Positions 40,422 through 51,014 of a stretch of 64,000 bases of DNA are shown piece by piece. The first letter of the stretch is position 1. The number at the start of each line of letters is the position of its first letter. Made by a program: the position numbers and the translations under genes. This DNA comes from an uncultured Gemmatimonadales bacterium (GTDB taxonomy: Bacteria; Gemmatimonadota; Gemmatimonadetes; Gemmatimonadales; Gemmatimonadaceae). Below the pieces are notes generated by a model. The model saw only the letters and a program-made list of their open reading frames with translations, had not been told where the DNA came from and did not search any database. The stretch lies in contig CAWKNZ010000008.1 in assembly GCA_963851265.1 (NCBI GenBank), forward strand, positions 32,001 through 96,000, given 5' to 3'.

Positions 40422-41378
40422 TCAGGCGCCGCGGAAGCGCACCGCCTGCAGCCAGGCCGTGCTGCGCGGGATGGTCGCGAACGGCGCGGCGGTCTCGTCC
40501 TCGATGTAGTACCGCTCGACGCCGGCCGCGCGCGCGGCGGCGAGCACGCCGCGGTAGTCGATCTGCCCCGTGCCGACCGGTACTTCGGCCGAGTCGGGGT
40601 TGGCGCCGCCGGTCTGCACGTTGCGCACGACGCCCTGGCGCATGTCCTTGAGGTGCATGAGCGCCCACCGGCCCGGGTAGCGGCGCAGGAGCGCGACCGG
40701 GTCCTGTCCGGGCAGCGCGGTCCAGAACACGTCCATCTCGAATTTCACGGCCGCGGGGTCGGTCTCGCGCATCAGCACGTCGAACGGCACGGCTGCGTCT
40801 GCACCGGGCTGGAATTCGTAGCCGTGCGTGTGATAAAAGAACTGCACGCCGGCGGCGCGCATCGCGCGCCCCCAGCGGTTGAAGTCGTCCGCGGTCTGGC
40901 GCGCCATCGCCACCGTGAACGGCCCCGCGGGGTGCGGGATCCACGCCACGCCGACGTTGCGCACGCCGAGCGTGGCCGCCTCGGCCAGCACGGCGGGGAG
41001 GCTGTCGCGCAGGCGATCGTAGCCGACGTGCATCGAGGTCGCGCGCAGCCCCGCGCTGTCGAGCATGCGGCGGAAGTCGCCAGCGGTCAGGCCGTAGGTG
41101 CCGGCCAGCTCCACCTCGCGAAATCCGAGCGCGCGCACGCGCGCGAGGGTGCCGGGAACGTCGGTCCGGATGGGGCCGCGCACGCTGTAGAGCTGCACGC
41201 CGAGGGGCCCGCGGAAGTCGCCCGTGAAGCGGAAGTCCGTGCCCGCCGCCGGCGCGGCGTTCGATGCCGCGGGTGCGGGCGACGCGTCGGGCGCGCGCCC
41301 CGCGCCGCCCTGCGTGCCGGTGGAGCAGGCGGCGCCGAGTGCGGCCGCGAGGGGGAGGAGGTATCGGCGTGAGAACAC
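40422..41378 (-). CDS. sugar phosphate isomerase/epimerase (xylose isomerase-like TIM barrel) lipoprotein
   Basis: GVQLYSVR, YHTHGYEF, FEMDVFW, HLKD, VGTGQID; lipobox LGAAC. Confidence 0.88.
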   Translation of the reverse strand: MFSRRYLLPLAAALGAACSTGTQGGAGRAPDASPAPAASNAAPAAGTDFRFTGDFRGPLGVQLYSVRGPIRTDVPGTLARVRALGFREVELAGTYGLTAGDFRRMLDSAGLRATSMHVGYDRLRDSLPAVLAEAATLGVRNVGVAWIPHPAGPFTVAMARQTADDFNRWGRAMRAAGVQFFYHTHGYEFQPGADAAVPFDVLMRETDPAAVKFEMDVFWTALPGQDPVALLRRYPGRWALMHLKDMRQGVVRNVQTGGANPDSAEVPVGTGQIDYRGVLAAARAAGVERYYIEDETAAPFATIPRSTAWLQAVRFRGA

Positions 41379-41489
41379 GGGCGGGGCGCGGGTGGGGGTG
41401 GGACGGCCCGGAATCGTCGCCCCCGTCCCCGCCCGCGTCAAGCCGCCGTCGAAGGCCGCCGCGTCAGACCGCCGCGTCAGACCGCCGCG

Positions 41490-42299
41490 TCAGGCGGCGG
41501 CGAGGGTCGGTCCCGGCGGCGCGTCCTGGATCGTGAGCCAGTCCGTGCGCACGCGGTCCCACTCCTGAATCATCAGCCCGTGCCGCTCGAAGAGGCGGCG
41601 GACCGCGACGGCGTCGTAGCCCGCGACCTCCTCGAGCACGGGGACGAGCACCGAGAGCGCGTCGTCGCTGATCACGGTGCGGCGCGCGATCTCGGTGACG
41701 TGGCGCGCCTCCGAGACGGCGATGGTGAGCCCGTCGCCGCGGTTCACGTGGAGCATGACGTGGAGATCGGAGCTGCCGTCGCCCACGTAGACGACGCGGT
41801 CGCGCGGTACGCCCAACTCGGCGCGCAGCGCGTCGACTGCGGCGACCTTGCCGTAGCCGGCGGCGACGCGCTCGACCGCGGCGACCTCGCCGGACTGCGG
41901 GTCGAACTGGAGTCGCGTGCCGACGATGTGGTCGGGTGCGACGATGCCGTCGAGCGCGGCGTGCACGATCTCTTCGGGCGCGGCCGACACGACGTAGAAG
42001 TCGAACCGGTGGCCCTCGACGCCGTGCTCCAGCAGCGCGGGGAGGCGCGCGATGTTGCGCTTGAGCCGGATGTGCCGGCCGACCTCGACGAGGTCGGCGC
42101 GGCGCACGCGGCGGTACTCGGGGTCGTGTCGCAGCAGGTAGGTGAGTTCGGCGCCTTCCTGCACAAGGTTGAGCTTCGACAGGCCGGCGACGCGCGCGTC
42201 GAACTCGGGGATGCCGAGCCGCTCGCTGAGCAGGCGCCCGGAGTCGTTGAAGCTGAGGGTCTGGTCGAAATCGCTGACGAGCAGGTAGTGGCGGCTCAT
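41490..42299 (-). CDS. HAD family hydrolase (HAD-IB-like)
   Basis: Motif I SDFDQTL, motif II VVSA, motif [16 protein letters not shown] Shine-Dalgarno. Confidence 0.88.
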   Translation of the reverse strand: MSRHYLLVSDFDQTLSFNDSGRLLSERLGIPEFDARVAGLSKLNLVQEGAELTYLLRHDPEYRRVRRADLVEVGRHIRLKRNIARLPALLEHGVEGHRFDFYVVSAAPEEIVHAALDGIVAPDHIVGTRLQFDPQSGEVAAVERVAAGYGKVAAVDALRAELGVPRDRVVYVGDGSSDLHVMLHVNRGDGLTIAVSEARHVTEIARRTVISDDALSVLVPVLEEVAGYDAVAVRRLFERHGLMIQEWDRVRTDWLTIQDAPPGPTLAAA

Positions 42300-42370
42300 G
42301 GCGACTCCTTGCGTTGGCGCCGCGCTGGTGGGCGCAACGGGCGGGTGCGGTGCGTTCCGGGGCGTGACAT
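42296..42370 (-). CDS. candidate 24-aa leader peptide [24 protein letters not shown]
   Basis: GAGGAGG (42376-42382, minus strand) 5 nt before the ATG; its TGA overlaps the HAD ATG (ATGA). Confidence 0.4.
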   Translation of the reverse strand: MSRPGTHRTRPLRPPARRQRKESP

Positions 42371-42809
42371 CGGGACCTCCTCGTCCGGGCGTGGACCGCG
42401 CGGGGCCACGTCGCCGGAGCGGCGGCGGGCCGCGGGCGGCGGAGCCCAGGCACGTGTCTGGATCGAGAGTTAGACGGCGCGGGACGGGACGTCCAATACA
42501 TCCTGCGTGTGCCGCGATACCCGGCGGGTCTCGCGTGGAATCGCTGGAGGCGGTTGCAGGATCGGGCTTGCCGTCGGCGCGCCTGGCGAGGTTCTGCGAA
42601 GCCTACAACCAACAGAAGGAGCCCAGAACTGTAAGTCTGCGTTCCTCTCTGTCGTCGAAGGTCAAGCTGTCCGCTCACCGGAGCCGACCGTTGCGGCGCA
42701 CAGGTCGGTCCCGCTCTGCACGAGATATGACATCGAATGCTCCGGACGCCCGCGCGGCGCCCGGAGCATTCGCGCAACGGACCGTGCGCTATCGCACGCC
42801 CCTTATCGA

Positions 42810-44474
42810 TCAGAACTCGCGGAGGGTCGCGCTATCCTCGGTGTCGTCGAACGGGATCAACTCGGCGGCGAGCGCGGTGACCCGGCGATCGTGCGGGACG
42901 GCCCCGGCGGCGCGTGTGCTCGTGGGACGCGTCTCCGTCGCACGCGTCGCATTGGTGGCGTGCCCCGTGGCGGCTGTCGGCGCACCGCGGCCGTTGCTGC
43001 GCGGCCGCGGGGATGCCGTCGGACGGGCGGGCGCGTCACCGCGGCGCGGGGTCGGCGCGGACCGGCGCGGCGCTCCCGCGTCCTCCAGCGTGAACGTCGC
43101 AACCGTCGTCTGGAGGTGACGCGCTTCCTCGTTGAGGTCCGCCGATCCCGCCGCGCTCTCCTCGGCGTTGGCCGCGCTCTCCTGCGTCACGCGGTTCATC
43201 GCGGCGAGGGCACCATTGATCTGGTGCACCCCGTCGGCCTGTTGCTCCGCCGCCGCCGCGATCTCGGCGACGAGTTCCGTCGTGCGCCCCACCTGACGGG
43301 TGATCTCGTCGAACTGCCGCGCGGCCTCGGCGCCGACCTGCACACCGGCGTCGACCTGCTGGATGGTGTCGCCGATGACGGTCGCGGTCTCGCGCGCCGC
43401 CTGGCTCGAGCGCAGCGCCAGCGCCCGCACCTCCTCGGCGACGACCGCGAAACCGCGCCCGGCGTCCCCGGCGCGCGCGGCTTCGACCGCCGCGTTCAGC
43501 GCCAGCAGGTTGGTTTGGAAGGCGATCTCCTCGATGGTGCGGATGATCGCCGCGGTCTGGCCGGCGCTCCCCTTGATGCCGGCGAGCGCCGTGCTCAGCG
43601 TGCGCATCTGCCCGACGCCCTGCTCGGTCGAGCCGCGCGTCTGGGCCGACAGCGCGCGCGCCTCGTTGGCGTTGGTGGCAGACTGCGCCGCCATGCTCGC
43701 CAGCTCGGTCACGCTCGCCGACACCTCCTCGAGGTTCGCCGCCTGCTCGTTCGCGCCCTGGGCGAGCGAGCGGCTCGCCGCCGTGATCTCCGCACTCGCG
43801 TCGCGGACCCGCTCCGCCGCGCCGTTCACCTGTGTAAGGGTCGCGCGGAGCGCCGCCACCGACGCGTTGAAGCTGTCGCGCAAGGCGCGCGTTTTCGGCG
43901 CGAACTCGGCGCGGATCTCGTGCGTCAAGTCGCCGGCCGCGAGCGCGCTCAGGCCTTCGGCGAGGGCGCGGAACGCCGCCTCGTCCTCCTCGGCCGCCCG
44001 GATCTCGCGCGACTTCTGCTCGTGGATGTCGGTGAGCGAGCCGCACGCACGGATCGTGAGGCCGTCGGCGGAATGGCGGCAGCCACCGGTCGCCCGGAAC
44101 CAGCGGTACGAGCCGTCGGCCACCTTGAGACGGTACGTCACGTCGTAGCGCGCCTTTCCACTCTTATCGGTCAGGTGCCCGGCGAACGCGGCAAACGTCG
44201 GCCCCGCGTCGTCGGGGTGCAAGCGGTCGGACCACGACTGGCACACGTTCGGAAAGTCGCGCTCGCTGTCGTACCCGATCAGGCGCCGGAACTCGGGCGA
44301 CCACGTCCACAGACTCTTGGGATGCAGCGCATCGGCATCGTGCAGGACCGCCTGCCAGAGCCCGACGCCGCAGGCTTCGTCCAGCACCTCGGCGCGCTCG
44401 CGCACGTCGGCGAACTCGGCCCTGAGCTTCTCGATCTGCGACGCCTCGTGGCGGCCGAACAACGATTGGAGCAT
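42810..44474 (-). CDS. soluble PAS-domain methyl-accepting chemotaxis protein
   Basis: PAS/PAC ([26 protein letters not shown]); MCP hairpin [37 protein letters not shown]; no TM helix seen. Confidence 0.93.
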   Translation of the reverse strand: MLQSLFGRHEASQIEKLRAEFADVRERAEVLDEACGVGLWQAVLHDADALHPKSLWTWSPEFRRLIGYDSERDFPNVCQSWSDRLHPDDAGPTFAAFAGHLTDKSGKARYDVTYRLKVADGSYRWFRATGGCRHSADGLTIRACGSLTDIHEQKSREIRAAEEDEAAFRALAEGLSALAAGDLTHEIRAEFAPKTRALRDSFNASVAALRATLTQVNGAAERVRDASAEITAASRSLAQGANEQAANLEEVSASVTELASMAAQSATNANEARALSAQTRGSTEQGVGQMRTLSTALAGIKGSAGQTAAIIRTIEEIAFQTNLLALNAAVEAARAGDAGRGFAVVAEEVRALALRSSQAARETATVIGDTIQQVDAGVQVGAEAARQFDEITRQVGRTTELVAEIAAAAEQQADGVHQINGALAAMNRVTQESAANAEESAAGSADLNEEARHLQTTVATFTLEDAGAPRRSAPTPRRGDAPARPTASPRPRSNGRGAPTAATGHATNATRATETRPTSTRAAGAVPHDRRVTALAAELIPFDDTEDSATLREF

Positions 44475-45087
44475 ACGTGTCTACGGGAGAGGTCTACGGG
44501 AGAGGAAACGGCCGGGGCGCCGGCCATGGGGCGGAGGACAAGCGAAGACGGTCGGCAACGGACCTTCGGTGACCGACGCTCGGGACCCGGCGGTCGGCAC
44601 CGCGATGCGCGAGCGTCAGAGCGAATAGGACGCGGGTGACGTGCGCTGGCCGGGGCGCGCCGTCGACGCACGGTCGGCATGGCGCGGGAAGCCCGGCGGA
44701 GGCCGGCGCTCGTCGACAGACGCAGGCGAGGGTGGCGACCGAAGAGGCGGTGCCAGGTGGGGACCGGTCGGGACCGACAGCAAGGGGGTGCGGAAAGGGC
44801 TCCAGTGGGGGTACGCCGCGCGGGCGCGAACGGCGACCCCGGCGATCTCACCCTGCGCTGCGCACGGCACCCCGCCGCGTCCACCTCCACCCGCCGGGCG
44901 GCCGGGGCGAACCCGGGACGCACAGGTGCGAGGCGCCGGGCACCGCGGCCCGGACCTCACGTCGGTTTGACGGATCAACCCGCCGCGCGTCACACCGCGT
45001 TCGATCGCTCCCGTCCACGGCACGCCCTCGACGACGGCATGGTGATGGCCGACGACGGGCGCCGCGCGATGGACGCCGGCCGAAGCT

Positions 45088-48000
45088 CTAGCGGGTCACC
45101 TGCCCCACGCACCCCATCCCACCCAGCCAGCCACGTTGCAGCACCGGTGCGCCACCCGGGAAGGTGAACTCGACCGCGACCGGTCCTCCCTTGCTGCCGG
45201 TCCACTCGGCGCGCCAGGTGCTGCCCGCGCCTTCCCACTTCGCGGCCCGAGCGAGGAGGTGGAAAAGCGCCCAGTCGCCGGCGGCCTGCGCTATCGTCCG
45301 CGTGCCCTTGAAGATCAGCAGGGTGGTGTGCCCAAGGTCGAGTCGCGCCTCGCGGCCCGTGGTCGACGGCCAGACGAATTGCGCCGGCGGCGCGTCCTTG
45401 CCGAAGTGCGCGACCTGGCTCCCCTGCGTGAGCGTCAGCTCCCGGTCGCCCGCCCCGCGCGCCGTGAGCAGGACGTGGGGGGCCGGCGCACCCCCGTAGA
45501 GCGCGTCGGACGCCTGCGTCGCGCGGTTGAGGAAGGCGAGAAACGGCGCCGAGAGCGCCACGGGAGCGCCGGGCTTCTGCACGTAATGATCGCCCTGGCG
45601 CTCGACGAGTCCCTCCAGCCGCTCCTGCTCGAGCGCCCAGAGTGCGCCGGTGCCGGGGGCGAACAGTGCGTTCACCTCGGCGAGCGACGCATCGACCGGC
45701 GCGTCGGGGGTGAACGGGAACTTCGCCAACACCGGCGTCATCGCCGCGCACAGCGCCCGCCCGCGCTCGTTGAGGGTAGCGACGTCCACGCGAGCCACGG
45801 GCGGGCCGGCGTGGGCGCCCGCGCCGCCTCCGCCCCCGCCCCCGCCGCCGGCCGCCACGCGCGGCGCGGGCGGCGGCCGCGTCGCTGCAATGGGGCGCAG
45901 CACGCCCTCGGCCGCCTCGATCGGTGCGACGAGCAGGGCGGCGACGGCGGGGCCCACCGGCAACGCCGCCGTGTCTGCCGCGAACTTCTGCGCGAGCTGC
46001 CGGGCGGCCACCTTGGCCTGCGTCGCCTGCGCGAGCGCCTGCTCGCCGGCATGCATTGTCTGGAGCGCACCCGCGGTGTCGGTTGCCGGGGGCAGGTTGC
46101 CGACCTGCTCCAGCGCGCTCGCGAGGGCGAGCATTCCGGTGGCGTACGCCTGGTTCGCGTCGGACACGAGCCGGTCCGGCGTCGAGGGCGGCGTCACCGC
46201 GTGCACCGGTTGGAAGGCGGCCTTCACCCCGGAGTCGACCGCGGTGTTGCGGGCCGCGAGCGAGAGCGCGCCGAGGAGTGGCGACTGCGCACCGCCGAAC
46301 GCGACGAGGCGCTGCGCAGCGTCTCGCGCGCTCCCCCCGCGCGCCACCGCCAGCCCGCGCACGTAGGCGCGCCAGTGCGCCACGTAGTCGGCGCGGTAGC
46401 GCGCGCGGAGGTCGGACAGCACCCGGTCGCGGTCCCCGGCCTGCGTGGCCGAGGCATCGCCGACGACCCAACGCTCTCCCGCGAAGAAGCGGTCGGCGTG
46501 GCGGAAGGCGTCCTGCATGTAGGTCCATCCGCGGGCGGTGTACGCGCCGGGGACTTCGCCCGCCGCGCTCACGACCCCCGCGCCCTGCGGCGCGAAGTCC
46601 GTGAGGCGCGCCGGCGGCGTCGCCTTCGACGCCTCGGCGAGCATGTACTGGTACATGCGCTCCGGGCCGGCGAAGCGGGCGAGGAACTCGCGCGTACGGC
46701 CGACGAGCGCGGCGTCGGTCGCCGTCGGCCACGGGTTCGCCGTGGGGAGCGCGCGGGCGTAGAACTCGAACTGCTTGCGGGCGAGCGCGGCCGCGTCGGC
46801 GTCGACCGGCTGACCGCGCTCCCAGTGCGTGAGGAGCACCGGGACCAGGAACTCCGGCGTGCTCCGTTCCGGCGCCGAGGTCGTCACGAGGTACGCCCGC
46901 AGGTCGGCGTAGACGCGTCCGTAGTCGTCGTCGGGGCGCGGGATGTCGGGAAGGGCGCGCAGCGAGTCGACGAGGGCGCCCCAGGCGGTCGCGTGCAGCT
47001 GCCGGCGGTAGCCGTCCCACCACACCCGGCTCGCGGCGTCGGCGAGAGCGCCGCCCTGCCACAGCCCCCAGCGCAGCCGCCCGGGGACGCCGGCGTCCTC
47101 GTAGCCCTGAACCGTGTCGAGCACCGCCCGCAGCGCGTCGAGCCGGCGGAGCGCGTCGACCGACGGGAAAGCGAGCGTTCCGGCCGGACTCCCCGGGGGC
47201 GCCATGACGGTCGGAAGTGCTGCGACGCCGCGCGCGGCCGCGCCGGTGCTCGCGGCGAGTTCGCGGTTCCCCGCCCACGAGCGAAGGACGCCCGCTGCGA
47301 CGAACACAGCGGCGACGACGCCCGCGCCGAGCAGGCCGCGGCGGAGCCGGGCGACGCGAATGCCGCCACGCGCGGCCACCGCACTCCCCCGGTCTGCGAG
47401 GACCACGTCGGGGAAGAGTCGGTCCAGGAAGGTCCACTCGGGGACGCGGCGTGGGGCCGGGGGCGCGTAGCTCCCGACCGCGGGTGCCGCCGTGGACGCG
47501 GCGCCGCGACCGAACACCCCGGTCGCGCCAGCGGCGAACGCGGCCGCCGCGGGGGCCGAGGCCGCCGCCGCGGGGAGGGCGTCGGCCATGACGACGGGGC
47601 GCGCACCGACGAAGTAGAAGCCGCGGAGCCGCGGGCTCACGCCGAGCTGGAGGGGACGGCACACCTCGAGGAGGAACCGGCGAACGGCTGGTGCGAGCTT
47701 GCCGAGCTCGCGCGGGAACTCGTACGCTCCAAGGCGCCGACGCGGGACGCTCTCGCGCCCGAGCAGCTCCAGGCGCCGCCGAGCGAGGGCGGCGACGATT
47801 CCGTCGTAGGCGGCGGCGAGCCGCGGCCCGAGCCGCTCCGCGTACCCGCCGACGTACCCGCGGCCGCCGGGGCCCGCGGGGCCCACGTCGAACGGGAGCG
47901 CGGCGCCGAGCGGGGCGCGCACTTCGTCGCGCGTGAACGGCGCGGCCCACGCCTCGAAGTGCGCGATTCGGTCGGCGCGGGTGAACGCCACGTACACGGG

Positions 48001-48705
48001 CAGGGCGACGCCCCACAGGGCCGCCGCTTCCGCCAGGCGCTCGCGTGCGAGGTGCGCGAGTTCGTCGAGCGGCGCGTCCGCGCCGGCACCGCCGGGCGCG
48101 TACAGGAGGTCGCAACTGACGCAGAGCACGACCGCGCGCGGCGCGGCCTCGCCGCGGCCGACTGCAGCCGCGAGTCGTGGCGGGCGGAGCGCGCGCACGA
48201 ACGTGCGCCACCGCTCGGCGTCGGCGAACACGGCGCCCCCCGGTTCGACCAGCACCGCATCGTCGGCCAGCCACACGTTGACCGCGCCGGTCGGGGGCGG
48301 CGCCTCCCCCGGCCCGAGCGCGGGCGCGTCCCCGGCGAGCAGTACCGGGTCGAGATCGGCGCGCGTGACGAGCGACGTCTTGCAGCTGCCGCCCGCGCCG
48401 ACCACGAGCACCACGGGCCGGGCGTCGAACGCGCCGTGTGGAAGCCGGGCGCGCGCCGCGGCCACGAGGCGGACCGCTTCGTCGTCACCGTCCTCCGAAA
48501 TGTCAGGCTCGGGTGGAGCGGCCGGCCGCAGGTACCACAGGATTGCCCCTGCGGCCGCCAGGCCGAGGACGGCGAGGCAGACGCGGAGGACGAGGCGCTC
48601 CGTGTCGCGGAGGGTGAGCACGGCCCCGAAGCCCCAGGCCGCGAGCAGGAACAGGGCGAACGCGACGCCGGCGGCGACGAAGCGCGTCTGCGGGGAGCGG
48701 GGCAT
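45088..48705 (-). CDS. tssM: type VI secretion membrane complex protein TssM/IcmF
   Basis: Two N-terminal TM helices, Walker-A-like GAGGSCKT, LPVYVAFTRADRI, LRGFYFVG, third TM, VPGAYTARGW, KFPF...LFAPGTG, GDWALFHL. Confidence 0.88.
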   Translation of the reverse strand: MPRSPQTRFVAAGVAFALFLLAAWGFGAVLTLRDTERLVLRVCLAVLGLAAAGAILWYLRPAAPPEPDISEDGDDEAVRLVAAARARLPHGAFDARPVVLVVGAGGSCKTSLVTRADLDPVLLAGDAPALGPGEAPPPTGAVNVWLADDAVLVEPGGAVFADAERWRTFVRALRPPRLAAAVGRGEAAPRAVVLCVSCDLLYAPGGAGADAPLDELAHLARERLAEAAALWGVALPVYVAFTRADRIAHFEAWAAPFTRDEVRAPLGAALPFDVGPAGPGGRGYVGGYAERLGPRLAAAYDGIVAALARRRLELLGRESVPRRRLGAYEFPRELGKLAPAVRRFLLEVCRPLQLGVSPRLRGFYFVGARPVVMADALPAAAASAPAAAAFAAGATGVFGRGAASTAAPAVGSYAPPAPRRVPEWTFLDRLFPDVVLADRGSAVAARGGIRVARLRRGLLGAGVVAAVFVAAGVLRSWAGNRELAASTGAAARGVAALPTVMAPPGSPAGTLAFPSVDALRRLDALRAVLDTVQGYEDAGVPGRLRWGLWQGGALADAASRVWWDGYRRQLHATAWGALVDSLRALPDIPRPDDDYGRVYADLRAYLVTTSAPERSTPEFLVPVLLTHWERGQPVDADAAALARKQFEFYARALPTANPWPTATDAALVGRTREFLARFAGPERMYQYMLAEASKATPPARLTDFAPQGAGVVSAAGEVPGAYTARGWTYMQDAFRHADRFFAGERWVVGDASATQAGDRDRVLSDLRARYRADYVAHWRAYVRGLAVARGGSARDAAQRLVAFGGAQSPLLGALSLAARNTAVDSGVKAAFQPVHAVTPPSTPDRLVSDANQAYATGMLALASALEQVGNLPPATDTAGALQTMHAGEQALAQATQAKVAARQLAQKFAADTAALPVGPAVAALLVAPIEAAEGVLRPIAATRPPPAPRVAAGGGGGGGGGAGAHAGPPVARVDVATLNERGRALCAAMTPVLAKFPFTPDAPVDASLAEVNALFAPGTGALWALEQERLEGLVERQGDHYVQKPGAPVALSAPFLAFLNRATQASDALYGGAPAPHVLLTARGAGDRELTLTQGSQVAHFGKDAPPAQFVWPSTTGREARLDLGHTTLLIFKGTRTIAQAAGDWALFHLLARAAKWEGAGSTWRAEWTGSKGGPVAVEFTFPGGAPVLQRGWLGGMGCVGQVTR

Positions 48706-48741
48706 GGCGGGGAAGTGGGCCGAAGGCGGCGGGCGCGCCCG

Positions 48742-49425
48742 TCAGCGTGCCTGGAGCGCGGCGGCGGACGCGACCGCGCGGACGTCGGCGGCGGCCCGGC
48801 CGAGCGAGAGCGCGGCGCCGCCCCACGCCGCCGCCGCGACGACGACCGCGGCGGCGAGCGCGACGGTGAGTCGCGGCACCCACGGATCGCGGGCGGCCAC
48901 GGCGTCGTCGGGCGGCCGCCACCCAGGAGTGAGGTCGCCGGCCGGACCGCGGAGCCGTGCGACGCGCTCACCCACGCGGGCCGCGACCGCGTGCACGGCC
49001 TCGGGGCCGTGCACGCCGTACCGCCCCCGGAATCCCAGCAGGAGGCAGAGTTGGTGCACTTCGAGGACGTCGGCCAGCGCCGCCGAGTCGGGGCGCGAGA
49101 GGAGCTGGTCGACGTGCTGGTAAAACCACTCGCCCGCCATGTGGTTGCCGAAGAGCTCCTCCTGCAGCGGGCACCGCGCCCAGTCCGCGAGCGCCGGCTG
49201 CCGCGCGTTGAGCACCGATTCGTCGAGGAGTGCGACGACCGCGAACCCGGCGAGGCGGACGTCGGCGGGGTCGTAGCCCGCGCTCCGCGCGTCCTGGTCC
49301 GCGCGGGCGAAGAGCTGCAGCATCTGCTCGCGGAACGCGGCCGCGTCCTCCACGGGCTGGCGGTTGGCGCGCAGCCGGGCGACGGCGGTGAGCGGTTCCT
49401 GGAAGGCGAGGGCGAGGGCGGACAT
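48742..49425 (-). CDS. tssL: type VI secretion protein TssL/DotU (no OmpA domain)
   Basis: VALLDESVL, W...PLQEELFG..MAGEWFY, LCLLLGFRGRY, C-terminal TM. Confidence 0.92.
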   Translation of the reverse strand: MSALALAFQEPLTAVARLRANRQPVEDAAAFREQMLQLFARADQDARSAGYDPADVRLAGFAVVALLDESVLNARQPALADWARCPLQEELFGNHMAGEWFYQHVDQLLSRPDSAALADVLEVHQLCLLLGFRGRYGVHGPEAVHAVAARVGERVARLRGPAGDLTPGWRPPDDAVAARDPWVPRLTVALAAAVVVAAAAWGGAALSLGRAAADVRAVASAAALQAR

Positions 49426-49479
49426 GGGCGGCGCGCGGGGGTTGCCGGTGCATACAGCAGCGCGGGCGCGCAGCTGTCA

Positions 49480-50904
49480 TCACGATGGGAGCAACACCGC
49501 GAGTTCGAGTGCTGCCCCCGGCAGCGCGTCGGCCGGGACGTAGACGCCGATCTCGCGCGTGTCCTGGAGCCCCTTCGCGCACGGCCCCGCCAGCGCGAGC
49601 TCGAAGTACGCGAGCCCGGGTCGCGGCGCGAGCCCGGCCGGCGCGGCGGGCACGTGGTCGACCGCCATCCCGGGGTACGCGCGCCGCACGAGTTCGAGCA
49701 CGTACTTGCTCGCGCACGCCTTGATCAGCTGCGGCACCCGCGCGCTCAGTTCGGCGGCCGGCAGCGCGGCGCTCACGCCCAAGAACCAGCGTGCGCCCGC
49801 GGCGAAGCAGCGCGGGTCGGGCACCACCGCCGCATGCAGGATGTCGGACACGGCGCGGAGCGGGATGATCACGGCCGACGCGGCGACCACCACGTCGAGG
49901 TGCGCGCGAAGGTGACGCTCGAGCGCCCCGAAGCAGCCGGTGAGGTCGTCGTGCGCGTACGCCGGCAGCTCCCCCGCGGACGCGGTGAGCGAAAACGTGC
50001 AGAGCGCGCCGGCGAGCCGCACGAGCTCGAGCCAGAGGCGCTCGGGGTGGACGTGCCGGACGGCGGCGAGGTGCCGAAGGGGGGCCTCCGCCGACCGCAC
50101 CGCGTGAAGCAGCCACCGCGTCGCGAGTTCATTCCCCGCGTACGCCGACGGCTCGCCGCCGGTCGCGGGTGAGGACGCCGTGGGCAGCGTCGCGGCGAGC
50201 GCGGCGCCCTTGGCCTCCAGCATCCCAATCACCGTGCGGAGTAGCCCGACGAGCCGCGCGCTCGCGCTGTACGTGAGGCACGGCGGCACGTACTCGACGT
50301 CGACGACGAAGCGGCCCGCGCCGTCGCGTGCGACCCGGCCGACCGGGACCGACACCGCGCCCTCCGGCACCTCGCCGTCGAGCGCGAGGCGCAGCCGCTT
50401 GACGGCGAAGCGGACCGGCGCCGCGTCGCGCCCGGACGCCTCGTCCGCCACGTCGCGCGTCACCGCCTGGTACCGCGGGTCGGAAGCCCCGCCGTCGGGC
50501 GAGGTTCCGTTCGGCCCACTTCCGTGGAGCGCGCCCGACGCAGCCTCCACGTCGGCCACGTTCGCCGCGCCGGAGCGCCACGCGGGCAGGACCAGGTGCA
50601 CGACGTGCGCGTCCCGCACGGGGGAGAACCGCTCGGCCAGGGCCACGGGTGCGGGCGCGGGGTCGGCCTCGGGGACGTCGAACGGCGTGCCGTCGGGCAG
50701 GAGCCCGCGCGCGTGCGCGAGGGCGAGCGTTCCGTTCGCGAGCGCGCCCGGGTCCAGCGCCGCCGCGGTCACCCCCCACGCGAACGGGAAGACCGCCTCG
50801 AGCGTGCGCGCGACCGTCGCCTCGTGCTGGCGCCGCTGCGCCTGGAAGTGATGCGGGGCCAGGTACATGCCTTCGTACCAGGCCACGCGCGCGGGCGCGG
50901 TCAC
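49480..50904 (-). CDS. tssK: type VI secretion baseplate protein TssK (copy 1)
   Basis: VAWYEGMYLAPHHFQAQ, GLLPDGTPFD, YVPPCL, HPERLWLELVRLAGALCTF, YAHDDL. Confidence 0.92.
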   Translation of the reverse strand: MTAPARVAWYEGMYLAPHHFQAQRRQHEATVARTLEAVFPFAWGVTAAALDPGALANGTLALAHARGLLPDGTPFDVPEADPAPAPVALAERFSPVRDAHVVHLVLPAWRSGAANVADVEAASGALHGSGPNGTSPDGGASDPRYQAVTRDVADEASGRDAAPVRFAVKRLRLALDGEVPEGAVSVPVGRVARDGAGRFVVDVEYVPPCLTYSASARLVGLLRTVIGMLEAKGAALAATLPTASSPATGGEPSAYAGNELATRWLLHAVRSAEAPLRHLAAVRHVHPERLWLELVRLAGALCTFSLTASAGELPAYAHDDLTGCFGALERHLRAHLDVVVAASAVIIPLRAVSDILHAAVVPDPRCFAAGARWFLGVSAALPAAELSARVPQLIKACASKYVLELVRRAYPGMAVDHVPAAPAGLAPRPGLAYFELALAGPCAKGLQDTREIGVYVPADALPGAALELAVLLPS

Positions 50905-51014
50905 GGCCTCGGCCCCCCTGACGCGGCGCGTGACCGCGCCCGCGCGGACAACCGGTATTTCCGAGTGCAGCGCACGGCCTCCGCGGCCTCCCCGCCCTTT
51001 CTCGCCCCGCCCCG

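Noticed and set aside
42383..42809. Possible riboswitch or ncRNA upstream of the HAD gene (hairpins such as GTTCTG...CAGAAC)
   Set aside because: I could not match any riboswitch consensus by eye; an Infernal/Rfam scan would be needed.
44505..45087. About 600-nt gap between the MCP and tssM as a hidden gene or mobile element
   Set aside because: Candidate ORFs lack motifs and typical codon usage; no terminal inverted repeats or target duplications seen.
44990..50172. 1678-aa (+) and 1094-aa (-) giant ORFs
   Set aside because: Antisense and alternate-frame shadows of tssM, tssL and tssK.
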